The notes under the pieces were generated by a model. That model saw only the letters and a list, made by a program, of their open reading frames with translations, had not been told where the DNA came from and searched no databases. 64,000 nt of DNA from Octopus sinensis (lineage: Eukaryota), in NCBI RefSeq assembly GCF_006345805.1, contig NC_042999.1, positions 96,410,001 through 96,474,000 of the forward strand, in the 5' to 3' direction. Below, piece by piece: positions 14,121 to 27,125 of the stretch; the stretch's first letter is position 1; each line of letters opens with the position of its first letter. Made by a program: the position numbers and the translations under genes.

Positions 14121-14530
14121 CACTTTCACTCTCTCTCCAGCTCTCTCATACGATATATCTGTGAGAGAGTGAAGGGGGACTGTGGGTAGATGGAAAAACT
14201 CAAAAATGAATGAGAGAGACTATAAAGAAAGAGAAAAACTCAAGTAAAAAGAAACAGGTAAAATATTGATATGTAAACACAAACAGAAATAGAGGTAAAA
14301 AGATAGGTTGGTTGATAACAAAAAAAAAAAAAAATGGCAGATAAATAAATACCCCCACCACACACAGAGAATTTGTTGGCGGCGAGAGAGCTGAAGTGAG
14401 CCTAAGAAACGAAGCAAGCGTGCGCGCACGAGCATTGACACACGCGTGGGAGCGTTTAAATGCTTTCACGCACGAATGTGTCACTTTATCAGCCAACAAC
14501 TTCGCGTTCCTGCGCGCGAGCGCGTGCATT

Positions 14531-14580
<50 letters not shown>

Positions 14581-14772
14581 AAAGTGGGACGAAGATGACG
14601 AGTCAGTGAGCAAATCAGTGATGTGTGAATGCTTATGCATATATCAGTGGTAGCAGGTGTGTGCATGTATTTATGTCTGTGTGTGTGTATGCATGCGTAT
14701 TATGTATTTACCTATATATGTGTGTGTGTGTGTGTTTGTGTGTATATGTATGAATAAATATGTATGTGTGTG

Positions 14773-14815
<43 letters not shown>

Positions 14816-14975
14816 GCTACATGTGTGCGTGTGCATAATACATTTTACATGCAGACTACATAATTATTTTATATATGTATTTACGTATACTTATTGATGG
14901 GGTGCGAAAACTGAATGGGGTGGAGTATCTATTTATTTGTCTCTATGCATGTATTTGTTTAGGTAAGCAGGTACA

Positions 14976-15014
<39 letters not shown>

Positions 15015-15279
15015 GTGTGTGTGTGTGTGTATGTGCGTGTGTGTGTGAGCGTGTGAGTGCGAGTGTGTCTACATATGTTCGAGTATGTTTGTGTAGTGAA
15101 CAGGTAGTGGCTTAAGCAGACATTATCTGCTCCTTTATCACCCAAAATCGTTGTTTAGGACCTATTTGTCTTGATTGTGTATGCCAGACAAACTATTTTT
15201 GTACGTATTGAGGAAGGGTAAAAAAAAAGAAAAGAAAAGAAAATAGTGTGGGTGTGAAAAAGAGAACGATATATATATA

Positions 15280-15327
<48 letters not shown>

Positions 15328-16292
15328 CATCTCGGGAGAGAGATAATTGGTGTGATAAAAGAAACTGAATGTCAAGCGATAATAGTGACTGTATGAAAGA
15401 GAATACGACAGCAAAGATAAACTGAAAGAAAGAGAGAGGGACAATATTAAGAAGAAAAAGAAAAAGAGTGAAAGAGACAGTAGTGTTATAGGAAGAAGTC
15501 TACGTCGCTTGGACTATTCTACCCACAAGGTACCTAAATTCAAGGCTATTATCAACCAAAAGTTTTATCATCAAGCTAAGCTCTCTGTCTCTGTTTCTGT
15601 CTGTCTGTCTTTCTCTCTGCCTCTGTCTTTCTCTTTCTCGCTTTCCCAGACACACACACACACACACACTGCATTTGTTACCCCACATTTAAACAATTCC
15701 TCCTCTCCTCCACCCTATCATTATTCGACCACTGACTCATTAGTTACTCAACCACGATCACCATCCCCACCTCCACCACTTCCCGAAATTTTATCTGCCC
15801 CATATTGAGGAGCAGATCGTTCCAATCTACCAATTACTTGGACCTTTGCCAGATATATGCAGATTATCCCTGGCAACAAACCTGCCTCGCTCGAACACTC
15901 CCTCTCCCAATGAAACGGACATAATCCTTTTCAGTTTGTTCCCCTTCTCCCTACCTTTTTGACAAATGCCAGGAGGACAGTGAGAAACCACAACAGAATT
16001 CACTAGAGGCCTTAACGGCGCATGTTAAAAAGCCAAAAATAATAATAGTTTCTGATTTAGGGGCAAGGACATCAATTTTTGAAAGAGAGGGGTTCGTCGA
16101 TACTATCGACCTCAATACCTGACAGGTACTTTATTTTATTGACTCCAGAAGGATGAAAGACAAGCTGGCTTCAGTGGTGTTTGAACAAATGCCGATCCTG
16201 CCAATCCGCCACATTAATAATAACTTCTTTATTTTCTCCACCTGCAGCCAATCGTCTTACCTTTCTAACCAACTTAGTCTCTGTCTCTGATT

Positions 16293-16330
<38 letters not shown>

Positions 16331-17261
16331 TCTACTGCTGAAGTCACCATCTTCATTACTTGTCGTACCTATGATTTCACTAACGCCATTAACAAATCCC
16401 TTCCACCCCATCCTATTTAAATTCCACTCAATTACTGCATAATTATGTATCGAATATGAGTCGATATTGAATCGTCTGGACCGGAACTATCAGCCGTAGA
16501 AGTCGGCAGTTCGTAGCCTAGGACTGATGCTGCACTTGTCCTTTGTCATTTTCCTTGATTATCAACTTTCCAGTGGCTAACCACTCAAAATTAAGTATCG
16601 ACTTAGACGAACCCGCAAATCTCCGAACTATCCATCAAGGGAGTCAATAGTTCGAATCCTACGACCAATGCTGCACTAAGTTCAAACTCAATACCTTTAA
16701 TTAGCTCGTTAGGTACTAAAGAAGGAAGTGGTGTACCGATGTAAGTCGTGGGAATACTGTAAAGCTGCCAAGTGTTTCACTATCTTCTACTTCAGAATTC
16801 GAGAACTATTACCACCAATCTAGAGTGAATTCGAAACTGAATAATATCCTTCAAACCAGAAACTTCATGAAATCTCAGCGTCTTCAATTACCCTTATGGG
16901 GGGGGGGACTTGATCTACTAAGAATGGCAGTCAAACCGCATTCAAATTGCACTTTACCGTCTTAAAAGCGGAAGAAGATATTGGATAGTGTAGCTTAGTC
17001 TAGTATTGAGTACACAATATTTCCCGCCAAAGAAGAGATAGTTATGGCTAGACTGACCGGGCGCTAAGCAACAACACTTTGTATGAGTTCCAAACATTGA
17101 ATTAAAAAATGTTTTTTTTATTCTATTTCTATTTAAAGAAAATCGTGAAGAAGTGCTATTAGCTAGTATTGCTAGAAATAAGGCCCAATACTAACGAATC
17201 CAGAAGCAAGACAGTGTTGTGAAAAATTTTCAGTATTATCATTATCATCAACGTAGACATA

Positions 17262-17750
17262 AGCGGCGCGTTGGCGGAATTGTTAGCGCATCGCGCAAAA
17301 TGTTAATGCCATTTCTCCCTGCTTTATACATTCTGAGTTCAAATATTGCCAAATTTCGACTTTGCTTGCTATAAAATACTAATCAAATACTGGGGATCGA
17401 TGCAATTGTCTATCCCACTTCTGTTTAAAATGCTGACCTTCTGCAAAAATTTGACAGTTATTATTAATAACGATAAAGGCAGCGCGCTGGCAGAATAGTT
17501 ATTACACCAGACAAAATACTTCGCAGCATTTTTCTCATTTCTTTTCGTTTTGAGTTCAAAATTCGCTGAGGTCGACTTTGCCTTTCATCCCTTCGGGGTT
17601 GATAAAATAAGTACTAGCCGAGTACTGGCCTTGTTGCCAAAATCTGAAACATTTATAGGGCGGCGAGGTGACATAACCGCTAGAGCGTCGGACACAATGC
17701 TTAGCGACATTTGTTCCGGCTCTTGTGCCAAAATTTGAAACATTTATAAA
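17262..17750 (+). mobile_element. Three head-to-tail family A SINE copies (one truncated)
   Basis: Heads at about 17262, 17476 and 17658; shared gagttcaaa...gaggtcgactttgcctttcatcc core. Confidence 0.8.
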
Positions 17751-18879
17751 CACAGACACAAGACTGCTAGATTTAATCGAATCCAGTACTTGATCTCAAC
17801 TTTCAACTGGTATGGACACCCAAATTGGACCTCTTCGTAATATACATAACATTGCTACAATATTATCAATGAATGCTGCTTTCATTGATATATATATTTT
17901 ACAACCGACTTTCACACGCACGCACACGCACACACACGACTATACTACCTCTTTTAGTATAGAATTATGGTTTCTGTATTAACAGGCCTCAGTACAGAAA
18001 TATATATATCTGAGAGCCTCTTCAGACTGCGGTGCTTATTTCACTGGCCTAGGAAGGAGGAAAGGCAAAATTGACAAAAACATTTAGACAGTTATTTCTA
18101 AACGTTTGTACAGTATAAGGCTAAATAAATTTAATGCATTTAACAATACTAAAGCTTTTAAATAGATTTAGGATACTGAAATATTATAGTTGTGTACACT
18201 TAATTAAGCAAATACATATGAGCAAAGGCGCTCTAGTTATGACCATCATGTCTTTTATGTCATTCATTGTTTCAGTTTGTCTTTCAGTTATAAGATTCGT
18301 GAGAGATTTAGCTGTTATCTCTACCAGGCCTAGAAACCACGTAGACATCGCCCCCTCCCTGTTACCTGTAACTCCTTATAAAAGTTTTTTTAAACCTGCA
18401 TCTTTCCCCATGTGCTGCAACATCTACAACTGACTCTATATTTTGGGAGTGCTGCTTTCATATATAGAATGTCACTCATGCCTTGGTCACAGCTATAGAA
18501 TCAAACACAACAAGGAAGGGAAAAAATCTTTTGCAATTATCGAAATCTTTATTCTCAACATCAATGTACTGTCTACTTCTCAACCACTTCTACTGGAGTA
18601 TACTGAACGCTGTAAACTAAGTCTTAAGCATATCTGTTACACCTATCCTTCTCATCAATCACATCCAATTTTTTTCCTCAAACCAACAGTAAGAGAAACT
18701 TGGTGAGTTTTTGTTTGTTTGTGTGTAAAAAACATTCACCAGAAAGTCTCACAAAAATTGAAAACATATGCCTTTTTTAAAAAAGCCATGCAGATTGTGA
18801 GGATCTAAGCTGTAGCTTGCTTAGTTTAGACCTAAATCAGGCATTAACCCTAAACCTTACATAAAGGATCATTTCCCAA

Positions 18880-19340
18880 TTGAACTATTTCTACTTCCTA
18901 CATGCTTCAACAATGTCCTAATCTTCACATCGATTCCACTTGGTACACCACCGTTCTAGAAAAGATTTTCTCTCGACTACCACCCTCGACAGCGTCCTTC
19001 CAGAGTCAGTAAGAAGGCCTCTTATTGGCAGCTAAATGTTCCTCAATTCACGTCTTACCATCTTTAAAAAGCACAAGTTAAATAATACGACCTTAGATTC
19101 CCAGCACACAGTAAAAGAAAACGCGATGTTAATGGTTGGCCTGCCTTTAATCATAAGTTTGCGCAATCGGGATTGACCTGGGGTTAAACAAAGTCGACTA
19201 CAGCAACAGTGTATTCTTGCTCCCATACAGTAAGAATGGACCGAGTGAGAAGAGGAATTGGAAAGTGTTGGTTAGGGTGAGTGGAAGTACACATAAGGTG
19301 GAGGTCGCTGTTCCTTAGCCTTAATTTAACCTTTATTGAA
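18880..19340 (-). mobile_element. Possible very decayed L1/Tx1-like ORF2 C-terminal fragment
   Basis: Stop-riddled translation with a weak Zn-knuckle-like segment (TLCVLPLTLTNTFQFLF) followed by VFFYCVLGI...IEEHLAANKR; weak resemblance only. Confidence 0.22.
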
Positions 19341-20149
19341 AAATCTATAATCGTATGCATTTCTATCATGGTCATCCCGTCTTTTCAAAAGTATTTATAT
19401 CTATTTTACTGAAAATATCTTTTAGTCTCTTATTTATTACTGTAGTGTAATTTTAGGGTGATTTGACTGCTATATCTAGCAGACTAAACTACCACATAGA
19501 TTTTCTTGTTGGTTTTGTTGCCCTTGAAAATATACATATTTGGGATGTTGCTATATCAAATGATGCACAGTTAATTACAATAGCAGCAGTGGCAACAGAA
19601 ACAGTAACAACAACAACAACAGCAGCATAGCCGCTATAACCATAACAACAACAAAAACAATTACTGTAACAAAAAAAACTAACAGCAACAAACAAACTGG
19701 CCACGCTCAACGAGTGACACCTCAGTGTAGTTACCTTACATGCTTGAAATAAGAACTAGACTCCCTCAAAATTACACCATAGTGCTTTAAAAAAAAAGGA
19801 CACAGTAAATGTTGTCGTCACATTGAAAAAATAAAAGACGGGATAGCCACAAATAGAATGTCCTTGATCATAGGTATGTTCGATTAGGGATGATTTGGGA
19901 CTAAACACTAAGCACAAGGCCGGCAATTTTTGATGGAAGGGTGTAATGCGATGCCAACGGCCCCAGTACCGATTTTACTTTTTATTAATTTCTACTTATT
20001 TATTCACCCCAAAAGGATGAAAGACAAAGTTTGATCTCAGCAGGAATTGAACTCTGAATCTGAAAAGCGGAAATAAATACCAGAAAGTAATGTTTTGTGA
20101 TGCCTTAAAGATTCTGACAATGCATCGCCCTTACCGCAAGAAAAACAAT

Positions 20150-21650
20150 TTCTACAAAATAAAAACATCTGTAATAGAAATATCCGTAACTCCAACAACA
20201 CCAGACTACAATGCAACACCCACGAGCAACACTGGCAACAACATTTGTGACGATAGCAACAACAATAGTACTAGTCATAACAACGGCAGCAGTCACAACA
20301 GTAAGTTTCAACAATAGCTGTCACAATTAGAAGTTGTTTAGCCCCCAAGTCAGCCTTCATCAAATAGACTTGTGGTCAAAGGCATTCTAATTACGACCAT
20401 CTCGTCGTTTTGTGTATATAAGATTAATTGTTCAACGTGTCCTTTTTTTTATTAAGACTGTAGGGTTTGGCTTAGGTGAGATTTTGTTGTTGTTTCTAGC
20501 TGATCGTGCAGCCATATAAAGACTCCCGCTTTGTCTCAACATCAGTCACAACAAAAGATGTTTCAAGTCATAATAATAACAACAGTCGCCTTCACAGCAA
20601 TAGCCATCACAATAACAATAGCACTCACACATATACACAATGACAGAGTAGCTATATGAACGTTAGCAACAATAACAACTACACCAGCTACTACAGGGGA
20701 AACACGAACAGCAACAGCAGCAATATAAGCGGTAACAACATCAACAACAGCATTGATAACAGTAACAACTATAGTAGCAACAAAAATAGCAGCCACAATA
20801 GCAACAACAAAAACGATAATAACAAAAAACTACTACAATAGCAACCATAACAGCGGACATGAATTTTGTAACAATTACAGTAGCAACAACAATAGCTGTC
20901 ATAGTAGCAACAACAGCAGTAGTAGTAACATGGACGATTGTAACAGCTAAAATAGTAAAATAAACAGCAGCAAAGACGGTAATTACAAAAACCTACTACA
21001 GTCTCAACAATAACAACAATAACTGCAATAGTTGTGACAATTACAGCAGCTAGATAAACAACAGTGAAAAATAAGAAAAGCTACTGCGGTTGCAACATGA
21101 ACGGTAGCAACAACAACAGTAGCAATGCGAGCGGTAGTAACAACAGTAAAACAAGTAACAACAGCTATAATAGCAACAATAATAAGTAACAAGAACAACT
21201 CCTACTACAACTAAAGCAAAGTAAACGGTAGCAACAAAAACATTGGCTGCTACAGTAGCGACAAGCATCATAGCTACTACTGTCGCAACGTGAGCGGTAA
21301 CAACAAGAACAACTACTACAACAAAGGTAACAACAACTACAAAAACAGAAACAACAGCAGTTGTTGCGTTACAGTAGTAACATACAACAGTAACAAAAGC
21401 AACAATGACAGTGATACGAACAGTTACTATATAACAACATACGCGGTAGTAACAATGACAACAACACAGTTACTACTGTAGCAACAACGGCAACGTAAAC
21501 AATATCAACAACAACAGTTCCTACATCAGCTACAATTGCTGCTACAGTTGTAGAAACAATAACAACACTTACAATAATAGTGAGCGTAGCAACAACATCA
21601 TCATAACCAACAAGAACAATGAAAACAAACAATTTCAGCAGCAATAATGA
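20150..21650. repeat. (AAC/AGC/AAT/AGT)-rich low-complexity region with an embedded family C repeat (about 20330-20530)
   Basis: Directly visible; source of the Asn/Ser-rich and Val/Ala-rich spurious ORFs. Confidence 0.88.
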
Positions 21651-21799
21651 ATTGTAGCATAGGCACTAAGTCAAAGATTAAGGAGGGATGCAGGGGTGTT
21701 TTTTTACTGTCAAAGGCCCTTGAAGCATAAACAGCATTTCGAAGAAGATTCGTTCGAGTGTCTTAGCCGTAGACTCTTGTTGGAAGAAACCCTGACAGA

Positions 21800-22200
21800 T
21801 GCTACAGCATGAATTAATTATATCGAACCGTGTACTTATTTTATCGACGTCCCCGGAAGGCTAAAATGCAAAGTCAACCTCGGTGGAATTTGAACTCAGA
21901 ACGTGTTTCAAATACGACAATGCATTTTTAATAAAGTTAAATTACCAGAAGGCAATTTATCCGATGCTCTACCGATTCAGATACTTCGCACCGATTTGAT
22001 CAATGACAACTACAATTGTTTTTAATCTAGACACAGGTAACAAATATGGGTGAAGGGAACAGTCGATTACATCGACCCCGGAAGCATGGAAGGTAAAGTT
22101 GACCTTGGCGGCTTTTGAATTCAGAATCTTAGGAGCCGGAACAAATAGCTCAAGACATTTTGTTCGACATTCCAACGATCCTGCCAATTCACCATAGCAA
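21800..22200 (-). mobile_element. Two family A SINE copies, reverse orientation
   Basis: gcaaagtcaacctcggtggaatttgaactcagaacg and ggtaaagttgaccttggcggcttttgaattcagaa are reverse complements of the family A core. Confidence 0.75.
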
Positions 22201-22369
22201 TAATAAAATCATAATAGCAATTCTAAAGTGTTTAGGAAGAGTGGGGGTAAGGAGAGGGAATAAGTTTCCTAAATGCTATTAAGTACTTATAACTGTTTCG
22301 GCTGGGAATCGAAACCCAGTGCACTTCTCGCCGTACATTTATCCCGTTACTACTGCATTATGGCAGTCA

Positions 22370-22424
22370 CCGTAACAACAACAATATCACTACCGCTACC
22401 ACCGCCGTCAACAACAAAAAGTCA

Positions 22425-22457
<33 letters not shown>

Positions 22458-22840
22458 ACCCCACAACCATCTACTATAACTACTAGCATAGTTATCGTCG
22501 TCATCAATATCAACCCGCCAACTTCATTGTCATCTCCCTCTGTCATTATCATCACCTCTACCTGCATCATAATCACCACTACCACTACCACTATAACCAC
22601 CATCGTCGTCATCATCACCAGCGTCACCACCATCACCATCGAAAACAACAATAACAACACCAACACCATCCTTGCCACTCCTTTCGTCAACAATCGTAAC
22701 AATTATACTAGAATCACAACCGTTACTACCACCAACATCCCCACACCTATCACCATCAATACCGGTATTCCTACAACCATCAACTTTAACGTCATCATCA
22801 CAATCACCACCACCACCACCACCACCACCACCACGATAAG
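22370..22840. repeat. (CAT/CAC/AAC)n low-complexity tract
   Basis: Directly visible; source of the poly-Thr/Ile ORFs. Confidence 0.88.
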
Positions 22841-24206
22841 GAAAACTGTAAGTGGCTTCTCGATGCGCTAGAAATAGCAGTCATGTCTATTTCAAATCGC
22901 ACTCTACCGTCTTAAATTAATAGAAAGGACGCATTAATTAATGCCTAGACACCGCTAACATGACGGGATGGTCAGAGGTGGACTGTTCAGGACAATAGCC
23001 TTACTCGATGAGGTCTGACCTGGTATTAAACAAAAACAACTAATTATAAATGATTTCTTTTATTTACTACAAGGGCATCAGATGAGGTTCAAGGCTAGGA
23101 ATTCGGAGAATAGTCGATTATATCGACTTCAGCACTAGACTGGTACTTATTTTTATCGACTCGGGAGAGATGAGTTGCCCCCAGCGTGATTTGAATTCAG
23201 GACGTCAAGAACAAGAAAAAGAAAACACAGACTTTATCTTTGCCCAATGCTCTAACATTTCTGCTTATGCACCACCCTAAATAGCAGCTAATTATATGTT
23301 ATACAGAGGAAAATTAATGAGATTGTGTGATGCTTATTTATGCAGGGTTTTTTGGGTTTTTTTTCGATAATTGTTGTGATTAGAAATATAAGGTATTACT
23401 TCGACAAGGGGCTGAAAGTGGCACAAAAGCACGGTGACAGTAATAAACAAGGAATAATGTCAAATGACCGCACAACAGTGATAACAATAACAACAGAGGT
23501 AATGATCGAACTCTTTACAACTGTAACGAGTGACAAGAAACCACGCATATAACTATGATAAACAACAACACCAATAACCATAACAACAGTAGTAACGAAA
23601 ACAACAACAGTGTTAACTACGAATAATAGTCATAACTAAGCATAACAAATATTATTTCTAAGAGAGCGGAGAATTCCAAACGTGGTCAATAGACGTGCTA
23701 GATATACCAGGCAAATCTCTTTCGTCTTTACTTGAATAGGTAAAAAAAGAAACTATAGATAATTTTGTATTAGATGCTCACTAAAAGGCTGGATGATCAA
23801 GGCTGGCATGTCTTTGATCCTACGTTTACTCTATCATTGTTGACCTAGTGATGAACTGCAGCAACAACTATTTCTACAACTATTACAACAACAACAACAA
23901 CAAAATACACGAGCCAACGGGGGATTTCCTATGCGTTCGCTCGAGCTGCTAGAAACAGCAACCAAAAACCTCCATAAAATCACAATAGAAATGCAAAAAG
24001 GTAAAAGGGAAGAACATAGTGTATCGTGAACTTTATTATCCTGTGTCTGAATAAAGACGGGAAGGTCACGACTGGAAGGTTTTGATTATATGTCTGCTAT
24101 ATATCAAGGCTATCCTGAAAACAAATACTACATTCATAAGAGCGATAACAATAATAGCAACATTATCAACATCAATAGCAACGATTGCAACTAAACAACA
24201 ACAACA

Positions 24207-24290
<84 letters not shown>

Positions 24291-25639
24291 AATATATTCA
24301 TAAGCACAATAACGATATAATACAACAATATTTACAACAAAATAACTATTACAACAGGAGCAACAACAACGAAAACTATTTAACAATAGACAACAGAGAA
24401 ACACAGCAATCATAACAACGACGACAGTGATAGATACGACAGCATCTATAGCTAGGGGTGATCATGGCTGGCGTGTCTTTTACTACAGACCGGTTTCGGT
24501 CAGGACTAACCTCAGGCCAACCAATAACAGCCACGACAACAAACTCAACATCATTCACAACAATAACAACGGCAACTACAACTACATCGGTAATTACGCG
24601 CCAAAGAAGGGGGGAGTTGCTATGCGATGGCTCGACCTGCTGGAAATAGCAGCAATTTCTCTTTCGCGTCGCACCTGCCCGTGTAGACGTCGATATCTCT
24701 TAAAAGCCAAGATGGTCAATAGCTAAACTGCCTCTGTTAAAATGTTGACCTTGGACTAAACTACATCAATAATGACCAGAACAACAACTGCAATTTAAAG
24801 AATGTGAGGTTGCGACAAGGAAAGCGAAAATTGAGAACTCAGGGAAAGTTTGAAAACCTTTATTTAAATAATAGATTGACATGTTTAAATAATAGATTGA
24901 CATATTTAATTAATGGAATGACATAATAATAAATGTTTAGCATTCAATGTAATAGATGTATTATTTTCCTGTGATATCGAAATGTAATGACTGTGTATGT
25001 TTATGGCAATATCATCCCTAACTGTAATGCATTTCTTAGTATCCCTATGAGTAAGACTAGTATTGTTATACCTAAAGGTACTTTCTAAGTTATCTTTTCA
25101 ATGTTTCCAATGAAGGTTGCATCAACGGGGATGCTTGATGTGAAAAGTCTCAACTAACAACAGGCTCGTTATCTCCGAAAACAAACTTTTCAAGTTAACA
25201 CATATGTTATACATGCATATATAACCATTTTCAAGCGCGCGCGCACACACACACACGCACGCATATGCACACACACGGACATACACACTCATACATGCGT
25301 ACGCAATCTTGTATTGGCTGAGACTACTACAAGGCAAGCCTTATGAAACGGTGGAGCAGAGGTTGGCATCGTACTGGGGCCCAGGAATTTTTTAAGATGT
25401 CAGAAAATGCTTGCATATATATATGATATTAGCATTCTCAGAAGGGAAGACCCAACGAACATCACAGCCACCACCACCGGCATAACTACCCGAAAGAAAC
25501 ATTGTACTCTCTGATAAGATTCTCTCAGATACCCTGGCTATAAACAGTAACTCAAGGACGTAGAATTTGGTGGCAAAGCACTTCCCAAAAGTTTGGCTTG
25601 TGCCCTGGTACGAAACTCCACATTTCTGAGCTCTGAGTT

Positions 25640-25657
25640 ATATATATATATATATAT

Positions 25658-25698
<41 letters not shown>

Positions 25699-25706
25699 TA
25701 TATATA

Positions 25707-25738
<32 letters not shown>

Positions 25739-25739
25739 C

Positions 25740-25812
<73 letters not shown>

Positions 25813-25813
25813 T

Positions 25814-25847
<34 letters not shown>

Positions 25848-25930
25848 GCATATTTATGTGTATATAATATAATATATATATACTTATATACATACATATA
25901 TGTACATACCCACACGCATATGTATATATA
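25640..25930. repeat. (TA)n-rich array
   Basis: Directly visible. Confidence 0.95.
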
Positions 25931-25939
25931 TACATGCAT

Positions 25940-26145
25940 ACATGGGTAGAGGACGTCAAAAGAAAAAAAAGAAAAAAACGTGAACAAAACGAGAAAAGAG
26001 AACGAGAAAAACAAAAACATGGAAAACGAACCCCCTTTCGAATAACGAAAGAAACAAATAGAGAAACGAGACAGGCAACATAAAAAAACATTCCCTTCAT
26101 CAGTTGTCCCCTGGTTTATCTACTCCGCGTTTCGAACGTGTATAT
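25940..26145 (-). mobile_element. Non-autonomous repeat, possibly Penelope-like (PLE)-derived
   Basis: Minus strand ttcgaaacgcggagtagataaaccaggggacaactgatgaagggaatg...gttgcctgtctcgtttctc. It resembles 52535-52600 (gacaactgttgaggagttatc...gtcctgtacttttctc) and carries the CTGATGA and GAAAC motifs seen at PLE termini. Confidence 0.45.
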
Positions 26146-26249
26146 ATATATATACGTGTGCGTGGTGTGCGTGCTTGTGTACTAGGGTTAATTTGTTCGA
26201 CTAAATATTTCAAGGCAGTGCCCCAACATGGCCACAGTCTAATGTCTAA

Positions 26250-26271
26250 AAAATATATATATATGTATGTA

Positions 26272-26311
<40 letters not shown>

Positions 26312-26397
26312 TGTACATATATCTATATATGTATATATATATATATGTATGTGTGCATATATATATGTATATATATATGTATACATGTATATATATA

Positions 26398-26446
<49 letters not shown>

Positions 26447-26518
26447 TATATACATGTGTATATGGAAGTATATTTATTTATACATATATATATGTATATG
26501 TGTATATATATATATGAA

Positions 26519-26568
<50 letters not shown>

Positions 26569-26679
26569 ATATGTATGCATGTATAATATATATTGTATAT
26601 ATATATATATAATATATATATATATGTATATATGCATGTATAATATAATGTATATATATATATATTAATATATATATAT

Positions 26680-26731
<52 letters not shown>
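26250..26731. repeat. Long (TA)n/(TATG)n array immediately downstream of the insulin-like exon
   Basis: Directly visible. Confidence 0.95.
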
Positions 26732-26732
<1 letters not shown>

Positions 26733-26852
26733 TGAGTTAGATTTAACATTTATTTTAATAGAGGATTCCTATTTCCCTTTCCTTTTTCTTCTCTTTTCGG
26801 AAATCCCTGAAAATTGTCACAGAAAAAAAGAGCATCGAATATAGAAGTAAAG

Positions 26853-26858
26853 ACTTAC
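26853..26858 (-). promoter_or_regulatory. 5' splice donor of the phase-1 C-peptide intron
   Basis: Minus strand AAT TAT G|GTAAGT is a consensus donor. The read-through ORF beyond it (GKSLLLYSMLFF...) has no insulin similarity. Confidence 0.88.
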
Positions 26859-27087
26859 CATAATTTCTTCTTTGCCTTGGTCCATCGGAATATCCGCCAG
26901 GACTACAAATAAGTCGCAAAAAGTTCGGTATTTTGTCGCCACAGTAACCACCTGACGCGGCACCCTGACGGATTGTTTCTTCATTACAGGTGTGCTCTAA
27001 ACCGGCTATGACCAGCTGCCAGTTGAGTAGGCTGATAAGGAGAGCCAAAAGCATTGTCCATGTCGTACACATGTTGCAGGATTTCAT
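26859..27087 (-). CDS. Insulin-like peptide (molluscan insulin/MIP type), coding exon: signal peptide + B chain + start of C peptide (partial CDS, ends at a phase-1 donor)
   Basis: Translation: MKSCNMCTTWTMLLALLISLLNWQLVIA-GLEHTCNEETIRQGAASGGYCGDKIPNFLRLICSPGGYSDGPRQRR-NY. It has a hydrophobic signal peptide, the canonical B-chain CG-x10-C, an extra N-terminal Cys (EHTCN, like Aplysia insulin EHSCN) and an RQRR furin site. Acceptor tttcctttttgtgctcgtttttcAG| gives exon start 27095; donor TATG|GTAAGT gives exon end 26859. Confidence 0.93.
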
Positions 27088-27095
27088 TGAACCGG

Positions 27096-27125
27096 CTGAA
27101 AAACGAGCACAAAAAGGAAAGATTT
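27096..27125 (-). promoter_or_regulatory. 3' splice acceptor (polypyrimidine tract + CAG) of a 5'-UTR intron of the insulin-like gene
   Basis: Minus strand aatctttcctttttgtgctcgtttttcag|CCGGTTCAATG; the ATG follows 8 nt into the exon. A 5'-UTR intron is typical of insulin genes. Confidence 0.7.

Noticed and set aside
26755-26858. C-terminal GKSLLLYSMLFF...ILY of the same ORF
   Set aside because: It is read-through past a consensus GTAAGT donor and has no A-chain cysteines.
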